Positions 9,322 to 18,643 of a stretch of 49,921 nucleotides of DNA are shown here, one piece after another (position 1 is the first letter of the stretch; each line of letters begins with the position of its first letter). This DNA comes from Candidatus Poseidoniales archaeon (lineage in GTDB: Archaea; Thermoplasmatota; Poseidoniia; Poseidoniales; Poseidoniaceae): assembly GCA_003602635.1 (NCBI GenBank), contig QQSJ01000014.1, positions 1 through 49,921 of the forward strand, given 5' to 3'. The position numbers were made by a program, and so were the translations under genes. Below the pieces are notes generated by a model that saw only the letters and a program-made list of their open reading frames with translations, was not told the origin of the DNA and did not search any database.

Positions 9322-12300
9322 ATGAATGCAAATGCCCCCCGTCGCCTGCCTGCCTTGCTGATGATGGCGATGCTTCTCCTGATGCCGCTCGCCTCATCCG
9401 TCAGCGTCACTTCCTTCAGCGACGGCACCGCCGAAGCCGTTGTCGATGTTCGGGACCCTGCGACGTGGATGGACCTCGATGACGCATCCGTGACGCTCCC
9501 CGCGGGCGAGACGGTGACGTCGGCTTCCATGACCGTTGGAACGGCCATGGCCGAGCATGACGCCTTCGTGAGGATCGACACCGAAACCCTCCCGAAGACC
9601 TGGAGTCCCGACGCCAACGGGCAGTTGACCTCCTTCTCCGCCAAGTCTTCGTTCCAATTCGAAGAAGGCTCCTCGGCGACGCCCGTTCGCTTGACGTCCA
9701 ACGGTTTCCTGAGTGATTTTGAAGGCACGACGAAGAACTTCACCGACGGCACTCAGCCGCCCATGAGCCCCATGGCGTGGAGCCACGGCAGCGTTTCAAC
9801 GTCGTTGGGCATCCTGCCTGCAGGCTGCAAGTCCGGAGAGATGTGCTGGGGTACCAACCCCTTCGACGACGATTACCGCGACGACAACAACGGCAACGAT
9901 TTCGACAGCAAACTCCTCTCTCCCGCCATTTTCGTGGACCCGGCCCTTGGCGGTACCACCTTCCGGTTCGCGTCCTTCCACGCGCTGAATTACCTCGAGC
10001 AAGGCATGGGTGGCGCGCAGAAGTACTACCGTGACTGCGCGTACATCGAAATTCGAGAGCGCAACGACGAATTCTTCCCACCCGACACCAGCGGCCCCAA
10101 CGGATTCGATTACATCTCCATCGATCAAGCCAACTCCAGCAACATCGGCTTCGGAAACGGCCTCTACACCAAAGGAAACAACCAGGGCCAAATCCAGAGC
10201 GGATGCCAAGGCGTTGGCAGCACCCAGTCGGCCCTTGGTGGAACCTCGGTCACGACCAACAACCCAAGCGGTTGGTCGGACATCGCCATCGATCTGTCGG
10301 ACTACGTGGGTCAGTGGGTTCAACTTCGTTTCGTGATGGAACACAACATCAACGGCGGCAACGGCAACACGCCGACGAACTACACCATGCCCGGCTGGTA
10401 CATCGACAACGTGCGCTTGGGCCAACTCCTGCCCGCGAACGGCTGGATGACGGTTCGAGGCTTCTTGCCCTCTGTGAACGGCGGTGATCCCCAACCCAAC
10501 GGCTACGGCCTGCTGAACATGGAAGCGGAAACCACGGAAACGGGGACGCTCACCGTCGACGTCTACAACACCCAAACCGGGGTGTTGGTCAACGACCTTG
10601 ACGGCCACCCGATGTCGGGCCTGACCGGGGACATCATCGAATTGTGGAACATCGATGCCAACGTCCACAAGTCGTTGGACTTCAAGTTCAACTACGACTC
10701 AGGGCCAGATCGCTTGTCCACGGCCGTCCTGCACGGCTTCAACATCGGAACCCGAATCGGCACCGGATTCAACCAGACGGACCTCTCCAATCCGGAAATC
10801 TACGGTGGCGCTTGGAATTCCATGGCTGGCCCCTACGCCTACCAACCCATGCTGATGGACACGGATTTCACACCCGCCATCGAGCGCGTCAACTTCGAGC
10901 ATCCCATCACCGCGATCAAACCGACGGTGAACCGCGATTGCACCGAATCACCCGACATCCAAATTTCCACGCCAGAAGCGGAAACCCCTGATTCCGTGGT
11001 CGTGGGGCAATGGAACGAGCTCAGTCAACCGATGTTCGGATTCGAGGCCTTGGTGGGCTTCAACTTCGATCCTGCGAACAACTTCTTTGATTGCAGGGTC
11101 TCTGAAATTTGGTTCGACCTCCGTTTCGGCCACCACGCGAACAACGTGCGCGTGGACATCGCCAACGACGGCGACATTGACTGGGCTTTCGACCAGCCAG
11201 GCTTTGGCGCCCTCGGGCGGCAGACGATGTTCTACAACGCCAAGGTCGGCGACGTGCACACCGGCGTGGACAGCAAGGTCATGACGTTGAACTTGGCTGC
11301 ACAAGCGGTCGGTGGCGGCTTTGTGTTGCCGTATGGAGCGACCGTGACGGCCGCGGACATCGTGTTCGATCAGAACACCATCTACTCGACCACCGACCAA
11401 GGCGAAGGATTCGACCTCAGCCTTGCCGTTGGTGGTTTGACCGAGGACCTCGGGCCGATGCCAAACGCGAGTCGCATCATGCTCGAAATCGGCGGCACCC
11501 CGTTGGGGCTTGCCGATGCCATCAACAGCCTGCTCTCCAACCCACAAGTGCCGTTTGCGTTCGAAGACGACTACGGCAACCAGTGGGTCTCCTTCCGCTT
11601 CGAGTTGGAAAGCCTCAACGCGTCCACAGGTTCCTCGCTGGTGGTTCGCAACCTCGACATCGTCTACGATTGGGAACGCACCTTCGACGAAAACGACGGG
11701 TTTGACCGCGAGTTGAACCAGGGCGTCGCCCTTGCACAAGGAACAGGCACGGCGGACATTCCGTTCGCGGTCCACACCAGCAACGGCGGAGCAGTCCGAT
11801 TTGCGGACCTCAGCCTCACCACCGCCGCGGGCTACGACAGCACCATGGTTGTGGCAGGCAACCCCGTGGGCCTCTACCCCTCGGGTGACATCTACGAAGT
11901 GACCACCACCCACGCCGTCGACGGAGCCACCGGTACCACCCTCGCTGAAGCGGTGCTCTTGCTCGAATCCGCCACCGGCACGGTGGAAGTGGCCTGGTCA
12001 GAAGTGACCGGCTTCGAGAAGCGGGCTGACCCCGACAACTACCTCACCCTCGAAACCTCCACGGTGGTCGACATGACCAGCCCCGTGGGCAAGGACATCA
12101 CCTGGCGCTTCCGCATCAACCCGACCTGGGAAGACGCGGAAACTGTGCGAGCGTATGCCTTCTCGGTCGGTGCCAACGGCGTTGACGGGCTCCCCGCTGC
12201 GGTCCTGTTTGACCCTGCTGAAGGCAACGCCATCGAGAACGATGCAGGCCTCCTCAGCATGCAGGTGTTGAACGCCAACGACGAGGTGCAAGACCTCGAC

Positions 12301-15162
12301 GACGCCGTGTCCACGCGGTACTTGACCATCGACCTCAGCGTCCGTCTCCAAGACCTCGACGTGGCCCCAGATCCGTCGACCTACAACTTGGTCCTCGAGC
12401 AGCAGACCGTGGACAACATCGACGGAAACATCACCCTGGGTTGGACCGAGATCGACAACATCAGCGGTCCCATTGGCGGCGACATCGCCTGGCCAATCGA
12501 CCTTGGCCTCGGCGCGGCGGGCGACGAAATCCTCCGCGTGCGAATGGTCGGATACGAGGGTGGCGACACGCTCTGCCCGAGCGCAGAGTACCGTCCGGAC
12601 GACGACTGCGCCGTGCCGTTCAACCTCTCCATCGACACCTACGAGCCGAACCTCCTCTCGATGTCCGTCTTCCTCGGTGGCGCGGATTTGCCCGAGAACT
12701 GGCGCCGCGTCTACGACGACACGTGGGTGATCCCCTCGGCGAACCAGCAGATGCGCCTTGTGGCGCAAGACCTGCCCTCGCCTCCGGAGACGATGACCAT
12801 GCACCTCTGGGTCGAATACGAGCACGACACCGACGGAGACGGCGAAGCCGATCCACAGGAGTACACCATGGTGACCCTGAACAGCGACGGCGGTGCTCCA
12901 AACGCGTCTTACATTGCACAGTTCAACGACCAAGCCAACCTCGGTCGTGATCCAGTGGGCAAAGTCAGCGTATGGATCGAAGGCTTTGACCTCGCGGGCA
13001 ACTCCATTGACGGCGGTTCGGCCGGGTTCGAGAACGATTACATCACGTACGTGTCGATGAGTTCCTCCACTCCGGTCATCAACAACGTCTACATCGAAGA
13101 CGCCGATGGTTTGCGCTTCCTCCGCTCCACCGACCCTGGCTACCAAGGCCTCCAGAACAAGACCGTCTACGCCGGCAACACCTACCACGTCATCGTTGAA
13201 GCACAGGACGGCAACGGATGGCGCGACCTCGACACCATCCGCGTCAACCTTGACGGGGCCTCCTCCGAAGACATGGTGGTGACCTACCACCCACGAAACG
13301 GCACGGCATGGACCACCTCGCCCTACCTGACCATCGTGGACGACGATGAGTTGTCGCCCAGCCTGCGTCGCATGGACGGCGGGGCCATCGTGGACCCCTT
13401 CGAGAACAACTTCTACCTGGACTTGCCCGTTCGTTTGGCGTGGGGCATTCCTGGCCACATCGGAGCCAGCACCCCGAAGGTCAGCATCCAAGACTTCGAC
13501 AACGTGGTTCAGAACTACCTCGGTTTGTCCGGACACCTCCAAGATTGGATGTACGCTGATGGCCTGCGCCTTGACTTCAGGGCTGACCTGAACGCAGGCA
13601 TCATGGAGATTCCGTACATCTCTGATATGACAGAACCCGTGACCAGCGACGTTCAGGTTGGCTTCGTTGGACCCGGGGACACCATCCGCTTCGAAGGCCG
13701 TTACGCCTACGTGTCAGGCCTGAGCAACGGCGTCTCCATTCAACCCGAGATCCCTCTCACCATGGAGATCACTCGACAAGCAGCAGCCAAGGTCAGCGAA
13801 CCCGGCAAGGACTACATCCCCTTCGCAGGCGATGTCTGGACGGAGACCTTCACCGGCGGCGTGTTCGACTTCAACATCACCGCGCCTCCCGTGACCAACG
13901 AGTTCGTCTACACCTTCCGTTTGATCGACCTGCCAACCGGCGCGAACGACGTCACCGACGCCTATTGCGGTGATTTCGACGGCTACGGCTGCGCAGAATT
14001 CACCCTCAAGGTGGACTTCAACGCCCCAAAGGTCGCCAGCAACAGCTGGGAATTGACCAAGGGGGGCACGGAAGACGCCCTCGGCGAAGAATTGCCTTCC
14101 TCGGTCCTGCACTGCGTGGACGCGGTCGTGACCATTGAGGAGCCAGAGAAGCTCCTCCAAGAGGAAGTCGAAATCCGCTGGCAGTTCTACTCCGACCCGA
14201 GCACGGGCCTGACGTGGCCGGTGTACGGCCAAGCCTTTGGCGCTGGCCCGCTCTCGACGCAGGTCAACCTGGTCAAGGGTGTGGGTGAGTACTACGCTTC
14301 CGTGGATTGCATCGACCTGTGGCCCGACCCTGTTGAGCCATCGGCCACCCAGATGGCCGGTGTCCGCATCATCTTCTGGGTCTACGGTACCGATTCCGCA
14401 GGGTCGTCCATCCTTGGTGGCGGTCCGACCTCGGAAGGCAACGTCGTCCCCATCAATGGGAACTCTGACGAGGCGACCTCACAGTACAACCTGATCAACG
14501 AGGAAGCGGTGTTTGGCATTGGAACCGTTCGCTTCGACCCGGCTCAACCTGAAGTCGGTCAGCAGATGAACCTCGAAGTGTACCTCCAAAACACGGGAAG
14601 CCTTGCTGGCACGGTGGACCTCCGCGTCATGGGCGTGTACGAAGGCGTGGCCTCCCGAGAGACCGTGCACACCTCGCAAGAGCTTGAGGTGGGTGCAACG
14701 GCATGGGAATCGATCACCCTCGAATCCTATCTGACGCCAACCACCGGCTTGTATTACCTCATCTACGACGACGTCACCGGTGAATTGCTCTACAACGGAA
14801 GCGAAACGGCAGGCGGCCTCATCAACGTCAAGGTGCAAAGCGACAGCGGCCAAGACGGCGCCATGGCGCTCCTCCTTGTGGGCTTGGTCGGCGTCGTTGC
14901 GGTGCTCGCGACCCTGGTGATGGTGCTCCTCCGTCGTGGCGGCAGCTCCGACCTCGACGACGACGAGGACGAGTACGAAGAATACGATGACCAGAAGGAA
15001 GTCGTCAGCATCCCGTCCAGCGCCCCAGCGGCGGACGTCAGCCCACAAATGGCTGAAGCGATGAAGACCTTCCCGCAATGGAACCAAGAACAAATTCAGG
15101 GCTACTTCGACCAAGGATGGGACATTCCGTCGCTCCTCGAGTGGGTCAACAGCCAGGAGTGA
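9322..15162 (+). CDS. giant (1946 aa) secreted, C-terminally membrane-anchored surface protein
   Basis: N-terminal signal peptide (RRLPALLMMAMLLLMPLASS). Jelly-roll/MAM-like segment ending in GWYIDNVRLG. Long acidic, beta-rich body. C-terminal TM helix (AMALLLVGLVGVVAVLATLVMVLL) followed by RRGG and an acidic tail (DLDDDEDEYEEYDD). Confidence 0.85.
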   Translation: MNANAPRRLPALLMMAMLLLMPLASSVSVTSFSDGTAEAVVDVRDPATWMDLDDASVTLPAGETVTSASMTVGTAMAEHDAFVRIDTETLPKTWSPDANGQLTSFSAKSSFQFEEGSSATPVRLTSNGFLSDFEGTTKNFTDGTQPPMSPMAWSHGSVSTSLGILPAGCKSGEMCWGTNPFDDDYRDDNNGNDFDSKLLSPAIFVDPALGGTTFRFASFHALNYLEQGMGGAQKYYRDCAYIEIRERNDEFFPPDTSGPNGFDYISIDQANSSNIGFGNGLYTKGNNQGQIQSGCQGVGSTQSALGGTSVTTNNPSGWSDIAIDLSDYVGQWVQLRFVMEHNINGGNGNTPTNYTMPGWYIDNVRLGQLLPANGWMTVRGFLPSVNGGDPQPNGYGLLNMEAETTETGTLTVDVYNTQTGVLVNDLDGHPMSGLTGDIIELWNIDANVHKSLDFKFNYDSGPDRLSTAVLHGFNIGTRIGTGFNQTDLSNPEIYGGAWNSMAGPYAYQPMLMDTDFTPAIERVNFEHPITAIKPTVNRDCTESPDIQISTPEAETPDSVVVGQWNELSQPMFGFEALVGFNFDPANNFFDCRVSEIWFDLRFGHHANNVRVDIANDGDIDWAFDQPGFGALGRQTMFYNAKVGDVHTGVDSKVMTLNLAAQAVGGGFVLPYGATVTAADIVFDQNTIYSTTDQGEGFDLSLAVGGLTEDLGPMPNASRIMLEIGGTPLGLADAINSLLSNPQVPFAFEDDYGNQWVSFRFELESLNASTGSSLVVRNLDIVYDWERTFDENDGFDRELNQGVALAQGTGTADIPFAVHTSNGGAVRFADLSLTTAAGYDSTMVVAGNPVGLYPSGDIYEVTTTHAVDGATGTTLAEAVLLLESATGTVEVAWSEVTGFEKRADPDNYLTLETSTVVDMTSPVGKDITWRFRINPTWEDAETVRAYAFSVGANGVDGLPAAVLFDPAEGNAIENDAGLLSMQVLNANDEVQDLDDAVSTRYLTIDLSVRLQDLDVAPDPSTYNLVLEQQTVDNIDGNITLGWTEIDNISGPIGGDIAWPIDLGLGAAGDEILRVRMVGYEGGDTLCPSAEYRPDDDCAVPFNLSIDTYEPNLLSMSVFLGGADLPENWRRVYDDTWVIPSANQQMRLVAQDLPSPPETMTMHLWVEYEHDTDGDGEADPQEYTMVTLNSDGGAPNASYIAQFNDQANLGRDPVGKVSVWIEGFDLAGNSIDGGSAGFENDYITYVSMSSSTPVINNVYIEDADGLRFLRSTDPGYQGLQNKTVYAGNTYHVIVEAQDGNGWRDLDTIRVNLDGASSEDMVVTYHPRNGTAWTTSPYLTIVDDDELSPSLRRMDGGAIVDPFENNFYLDLPVRLAWGIPGHIGASTPKVSIQDFDNVVQNYLGLSGHLQDWMYADGLRLDFRADLNAGIMEIPYISDMTEPVTSDVQVGFVGPGDTIRFEGRYAYVSGLSNGVSIQPEIPLTMEITRQAAAKVSEPGKDYIPFAGDVWTETFTGGVFDFNITAPPVTNEFVYTFRLIDLPTGANDVTDAYCGDFDGYGCAEFTLKVDFNAPKVASNSWELTKGGTEDALGEELPSSVLHCVDAVVTIEEPEKLLQEEVEIRWQFYSDPSTGLTWPVYGQAFGAGPLSTQVNLVKGVGEYYASVDCIDLWPDPVEPSATQMAGVRIIFWVYGTDSAGSSILGGGPTSEGNVVPINGNSDEATSQYNLINEEAVFGIGTVRFDPAQPEVGQQMNLEVYLQNTGSLAGTVDLRVMGVYEGVASRETVHTSQELEVGATAWESITLESYLTPTTGLYYLIYDDVTGELLYNGSETAGGLINVKVQSDSGQDGAMALLLVGLVGVVAVLATLVMVLLRRGGSSDLDDDEDEYEEYDDQKEVVSIPSSAPAADVSPQMAEAMKTFPQWNQEQIQGYFDQGWDIPSLLEWVNSQE

Positions 15163-15169
15163 AGCCGGC

Positions 15170-15964
15170 ATGGGCGGATCCCGTGGCTGGTCCACGGCCA
15201 CGTGGGAAGACCCAGACGGGGGGACCATCCTCCTGCACGGGACCTTTCCCACGGTCGTCTTGCCTCGCAGCCTCTGGCCCTCTCCAAAGGCGTGGCAAGG
15301 TCTGGCGCTGCTCGATGATGCAGGCGCCCCTGATGCATGGAAGCAAGAGGAAGAAGACGAACGAGCCTCGCCTGGCGTGAACCTCGAAGCGGCTCGCTTC
15401 GGGATCGGCCACGAAGCCCATTTGCTCGACGCCCTCACCAGCATCGAAGGGCCCTTGACCGGGCGTTTTCCCGATCCAGAACCGCTCCGCTTGTTCCGTG
15501 AAAGCCAACGCTCTGGACGTCCTGTGTTCTTCCTCGAGCCCAACCTCGACGACGAGGCGTGGTCCGATCATCTCTCGTTGGAAGCCAAAGAACGAACCGA
15601 TTGGCGACGTTTGGTGCGCAGGATTCGAAGCCGCCGTGCTTGGAAGAAGGCCCTTTCCGCTGCCGCAGAAGGCGTAACGTCAGGGCCTGAAGACGGCATG
15701 GCGGAAGTCAAGGTGGCCACACGCGCTTGGTGGAGCATGTGGGACGCAGACCTGACCTTGCCCACGCGTACTTCACGTGACGATCGTTTTGCAGCACGCG
15801 CACGCGGCGCCTTGGCGGCGGTACGAGACGGCGGGGGTACAACGCTGTTGCTCGTGTTGGTTGAACCCCGTCTTGACGCGGTTGTTGAGGCGCTTGACCG
15901 TTCCACATCATCCGAGGTCATCGTTTCATATGACGACCTCCTCGCATCATCCGAGGAGGCCTGA
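15170..15964 (+). CDS. hypothetical protein (weak TraB/GumN-like resemblance)
   Basis: 264-aa acidic ORF starting 7 nt after the giant gene. The by-eye resemblance to the TraB/PrgY family (GTILLHGT..., RDDRFAARARGAL...TTLLLVLVEPRLDAVVEAL) is weak. Confidence 0.55.
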   Translation: MGGSRGWSTATWEDPDGGTILLHGTFPTVVLPRSLWPSPKAWQGLALLDDAGAPDAWKQEEEDERASPGVNLEAARFGIGHEAHLLDALTSIEGPLTGRFPDPEPLRLFRESQRSGRPVFFLEPNLDDEAWSDHLSLEAKERTDWRRLVRRIRSRRAWKKALSAAAEGVTSGPEDGMAEVKVATRAWWSMWDADLTLPTRTSRDDRFAARARGALAAVRDGGGTTLLLVLVEPRLDAVVEALDRSTSSEVIVSYDDLLASSEEA

Positions 15965-15965
15965 C

Positions 15966-16505
15966 ATGAGCGAAGGAATCGACGTGCGCGTGGAAAACCG
16001 CCTCATTCGGTTCGTGCCCGCACGTCCCGTTGACCAAGCCCGTGTGGAAGCGGACCTTGGTGGTGTTCGCGCGGGCGACCTCGTCATTGTGGCGCTGTCT
16101 CGCCCCTCGGCAACGGTCATCGTGGACGTGGAGGGTCGCCTCATCGTGCATGGTACGCACCGCGTGGAAGCAGCTCAAGCGGCCGCCAAGGAAATTCTTC
16201 TCAGGTTGGGCGCGGAAGACGCGTCCTTGAGCATGGAATTTGGCCCCATCATCGCCTCCTTCCAATACCGCCGTGCGGTGGACATTCACCGTTTGGCCGG
16301 TGACCTTGGTGCCGGGCAAGGAGAAGTGGACGAACGGCTTGGATGCGTGTGCATCAACGACGAGCGTCACGGTTTGACCATTCATCTTTGGAGCAACGGC
16401 AAAGCGGTGGCCACCGAAGCCCGTCACCCCAACATGGTGGCGATGGCCGCGGTGCACTGGCGAACGCAGATCGAAAGCCGCCAAGCCTTCGTCAGCGGGG
16501 CCTGA
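15966..16505 (+). CDS. divergent TBP-fold (two-repeat) protein
   Basis: ATG at 15966, 1 nt after the upstream stop; 179 aa, the length of archaeal TBP. Both halves show the TBP pattern by eye: VRVEN..., ATVIVDVEGRLIVHGTHRVEAAQAAAKEILLRLG, and GLTIHLWSNGKAVATEARHPNMVAMAAVHWRTQIE, versus LLIFSSGK.V.TGAKS......A..K. Highly diverged. Confidence 0.55.
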   Translation: MSEGIDVRVENRLIRFVPARPVDQARVEADLGGVRAGDLVIVALSRPSATVIVDVEGRLIVHGTHRVEAAQAAAKEILLRLGAEDASLSMEFGPIIASFQYRRAVDIHRLAGDLGAGQGEVDERLGCVCINDERHGLTIHLWSNGKAVATEARHPNMVAMAAVHWRTQIESRQAFVSGA

Positions 16506-16507
16506 GG

Positions 16508-17386
16508 ATGTCCACCTACCAAGGTCCCGTGACGGACGACCATTTCCACCTGCGTCGTGACGGCCGTTGTTTGGATGCAGCACAGGACTTCGCCCGTGCA
16601 GGAGGCACCGATTTGGTGCTCGTGCACTGCCCCGATTTTGCCTCCCCGCCCATCGATGAAGCCGGTCATCGGGCTGCCTACGCCGACACCGTGGCGATGG
16701 CCGAAGAGGTGCGCACTGCGGTTGATCTTGGCGTCCGGGTTGTGCTCGGCCCACACCCGGCGGCGTTTGCTCACCAATTCGAAGCGTGGTCCGTTGAGGG
16801 AGAAGCCGGTCGCGCACGTGCGGTTGAGGCGTACACCTCGAGCATTGACGCAGCCGTTTCATTCATCGACGAAGGACTGGCCCACGCCGTGGGCGAAGTC
16901 GGCCGTCCTCACTGGCCTGTGAGCGATGACGTCTGGGACCTGTCAAACGAATTGTTGGCGTGGACCATGCGACGTGCAGGGCGCGAGGGATTCGCGCTGC
17001 AACTTCACGTCGAGGGCGAGCAAGCCTCGACCTATCCCGAACTCGCCGAGATGGCCGACCGTGAGGGCTGCCCCCGCGACCGCATCGTGCGTCACTATGC
17101 GCCTCCAGACGTCAGTTCGTCGGCCACGCATGGCCTCATTCCCAGCGTGCTTTGCGGAAAGGGAGCGCTTCCTGTGCTGCTCGAGACGATGTCGGAGGCA
17201 CGCCAGGGGTTCATGCTCGAGACGGATCACATGGACGATCCCGCACGCCCGGGTGCCGTTTTGGGGCCCAAAACCGTGCCAAAGCGCACACGGCAACTCA
17301 GCGAAGCCGGGGTGGACGACGAGGTGCTCTACCGGGCGCACGTGGACCTCCCTGACCGCTTGTATGGACCCTCCATCAGGGCCTGA
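16508..17386 (+). CDS. TatD-family metal-dependent hydrolase
   Basis: ATG at 16508, 2 nt after the upstream stop. DDHFHL (HxH), LQLHVEGE, VRHYAP and MLETDH match the TatD metal-ligand layout. Confidence 0.75.
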   Translation: MSTYQGPVTDDHFHLRRDGRCLDAAQDFARAGGTDLVLVHCPDFASPPIDEAGHRAAYADTVAMAEEVRTAVDLGVRVVLGPHPAAFAHQFEAWSVEGEAGRARAVEAYTSSIDAAVSFIDEGLAHAVGEVGRPHWPVSDDVWDLSNELLAWTMRRAGREGFALQLHVEGEQASTYPELAEMADREGCPRDRIVRHYAPPDVSSSATHGLIPSVLCGKGALPVLLETMSEARQGFMLETDHMDDPARPGAVLGPKTVPKRTRQLSEAGVDDEVLYRAHVDLPDRLYGPSIRA

Positions 17387-17441
17387 AGGACGGCCCTTCT
17401 GGGCGTCATCTTCATGGGAGAGCCGCGTCACCCCCGGACCG

Positions 17442-18542
17442 ATGACCCGCTCTTCCCGCGCCGTTGGGACCGTTGGGCTCCTTGTGCTCTCGCTCATGTT
17501 GGCGGCGGTTCCAAGCGCCCAAGCCCAACTTGGAATTGGGGTGCAGATTTCGTGCGACGACGATCCCGAACTCAACGTTCATCCCTCTGAAAACGCCGAC
17601 GTCGACGTCACGTGCACGGTGAAGAACACCGGTCAACTCGAATCGACCATCTCGGTGGACTACGAGTGGCAAGACGACGATCCTCGCGTGGACATGTCCC
17701 TCTCCGAGGACGAGTTCACGCTGGCCGCCGGAGCCGAAGAGAACTTCCAAGCCACCTTCTCAGGCTCCCCTCGTATCGAGGCCGATCTTTCCCTTGATTT
17801 CGACATCACCGCATCCATCAGCTCTGTGATGGTGCTCCCCGTGGACCAACTGAACCAATCCGCTACCTACTCCGGTGAAGTGACGGTCCAAACCTTCGGG
17901 ATGGTCGACCTGACCTTGACCGACCGCTCCACTCGGAACCTCGAAGCCAGCGAAGAAGTCAGCATTGGGTTCACGATGGGCAACGACGGCAACGCAGAGG
18001 ACAAGATCGAGGTCAACATCGCCAACTTGGCCGAATTGGAATCCGCAGGATTCAGTTTCCCCGAGGGCAGTTTCGTTGCGGAGACCGTCATGGTCGAGGG
18101 CACTTCGGCTGAGCGCACCATCGTGTTGCGCACCCCGTCAGACGTCGCCGAGGAAGTTCGCGTCCAGGTGGTCTTTGAAGCCACCAGCACGAACGACGCG
18201 ACGGCTGATCCGATGCAATCCACGGTCACCGTGGTCGTTCAAGCAGCAGCCTCGAATGCTGCCTTGGGTGGTGGATTGGAAGAACTCAGCCAAGACCAGA
18301 TCCAGCTCTATGGTGCCATTGGAGGCGGTGTGGTCGTCTTCTTCCTGCTCATCTTTGTCGTCGGTCGCCTCATCCGCCGCTCCGGTGGCCCTGAACTTGA
18401 GGACGTCATGGAACTGGATGAACCGGCGGTGCCCACAGCCGTTGCAGCCCCGGTTGCTGCTCCAGTGGCCCAAGCGGCGCCCGTGGACGAGTTCGATGGC
18501 ATGTTTGACGACCTCGATGACTTCGATTTTGATGGTCTTTGA
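17442..18542 (+). CDS. secreted, C-terminally membrane-anchored acidic protein
   Basis: ORF 16926..18542 trimmed to the ATG at 17442. Signal peptide (VGLLVLSLMLAAVPSAQA), beta-rich acidic body, TM helix (GGGVVVFFLLIFVVG) then RLIRR, an Ala/Pro linker and an acidic end (DDLDDFDFDGL). Confidence 0.75.
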   Translation: MTRSSRAVGTVGLLVLSLMLAAVPSAQAQLGIGVQISCDDDPELNVHPSENADVDVTCTVKNTGQLESTISVDYEWQDDDPRVDMSLSEDEFTLAAGAEENFQATFSGSPRIEADLSLDFDITASISSVMVLPVDQLNQSATYSGEVTVQTFGMVDLTLTDRSTRNLEASEEVSIGFTMGNDGNAEDKIEVNIANLAELESAGFSFPEGSFVAETVMVEGTSAERTIVLRTPSDVAEEVRVQVVFEATSTNDATADPMQSTVTVVVQAAASNAALGGGLEELSQDQIQLYGAIGGGVVVFFLLIFVVGRLIRRSGGPELEDVMELDEPAVPTAVAAPVAAPVAQAAPVDEFDGMFDDLDDFDFDGL

Positions 18543-18568
18543 CGGCCCCATCTGTTCGGGTCACGTCC

Positions 18569-18578
18569 CCGCATTTTT
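18569..18578 (+). terminator. possible archaeal oligo-T terminator
   Basis: A TTTTT run within gcatttttcac, about 30 nt after the 17442..18542 stop, in the only sizeable (about 100 nt) gap before fabI. Weak. Confidence 0.25.
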
Positions 18579-18643
18579 CACTCCCTGAGAGGGGGAATGG
18601 TCAAAGGCCGGTGTGCCCGGCTACACCGATGGAGGGTGTGCGT

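Noticed and set aside
7619-9752. Long ORFs 7619..8776 (+) and 8532..9752 (-)
   Set aside because: They overlap the EF-Tu-like, thioesterase, ThiI-like and giant-protein genes on the opposite strand. Their low-complexity Arg/Gly-rich translations indicate shadow ORFs.
9796-15543. Minus-strand ORFs 9796..10668, 10948..11913, 11998..13542, 13714..14232 and 14479..15543
   Set aside because: All are antisense to the continuous 1946-aa gene, which has a coherent signal peptide, TM anchor and acidic composition. The antisense translations are Val/Gly/His/Arg-rich with no motifs.
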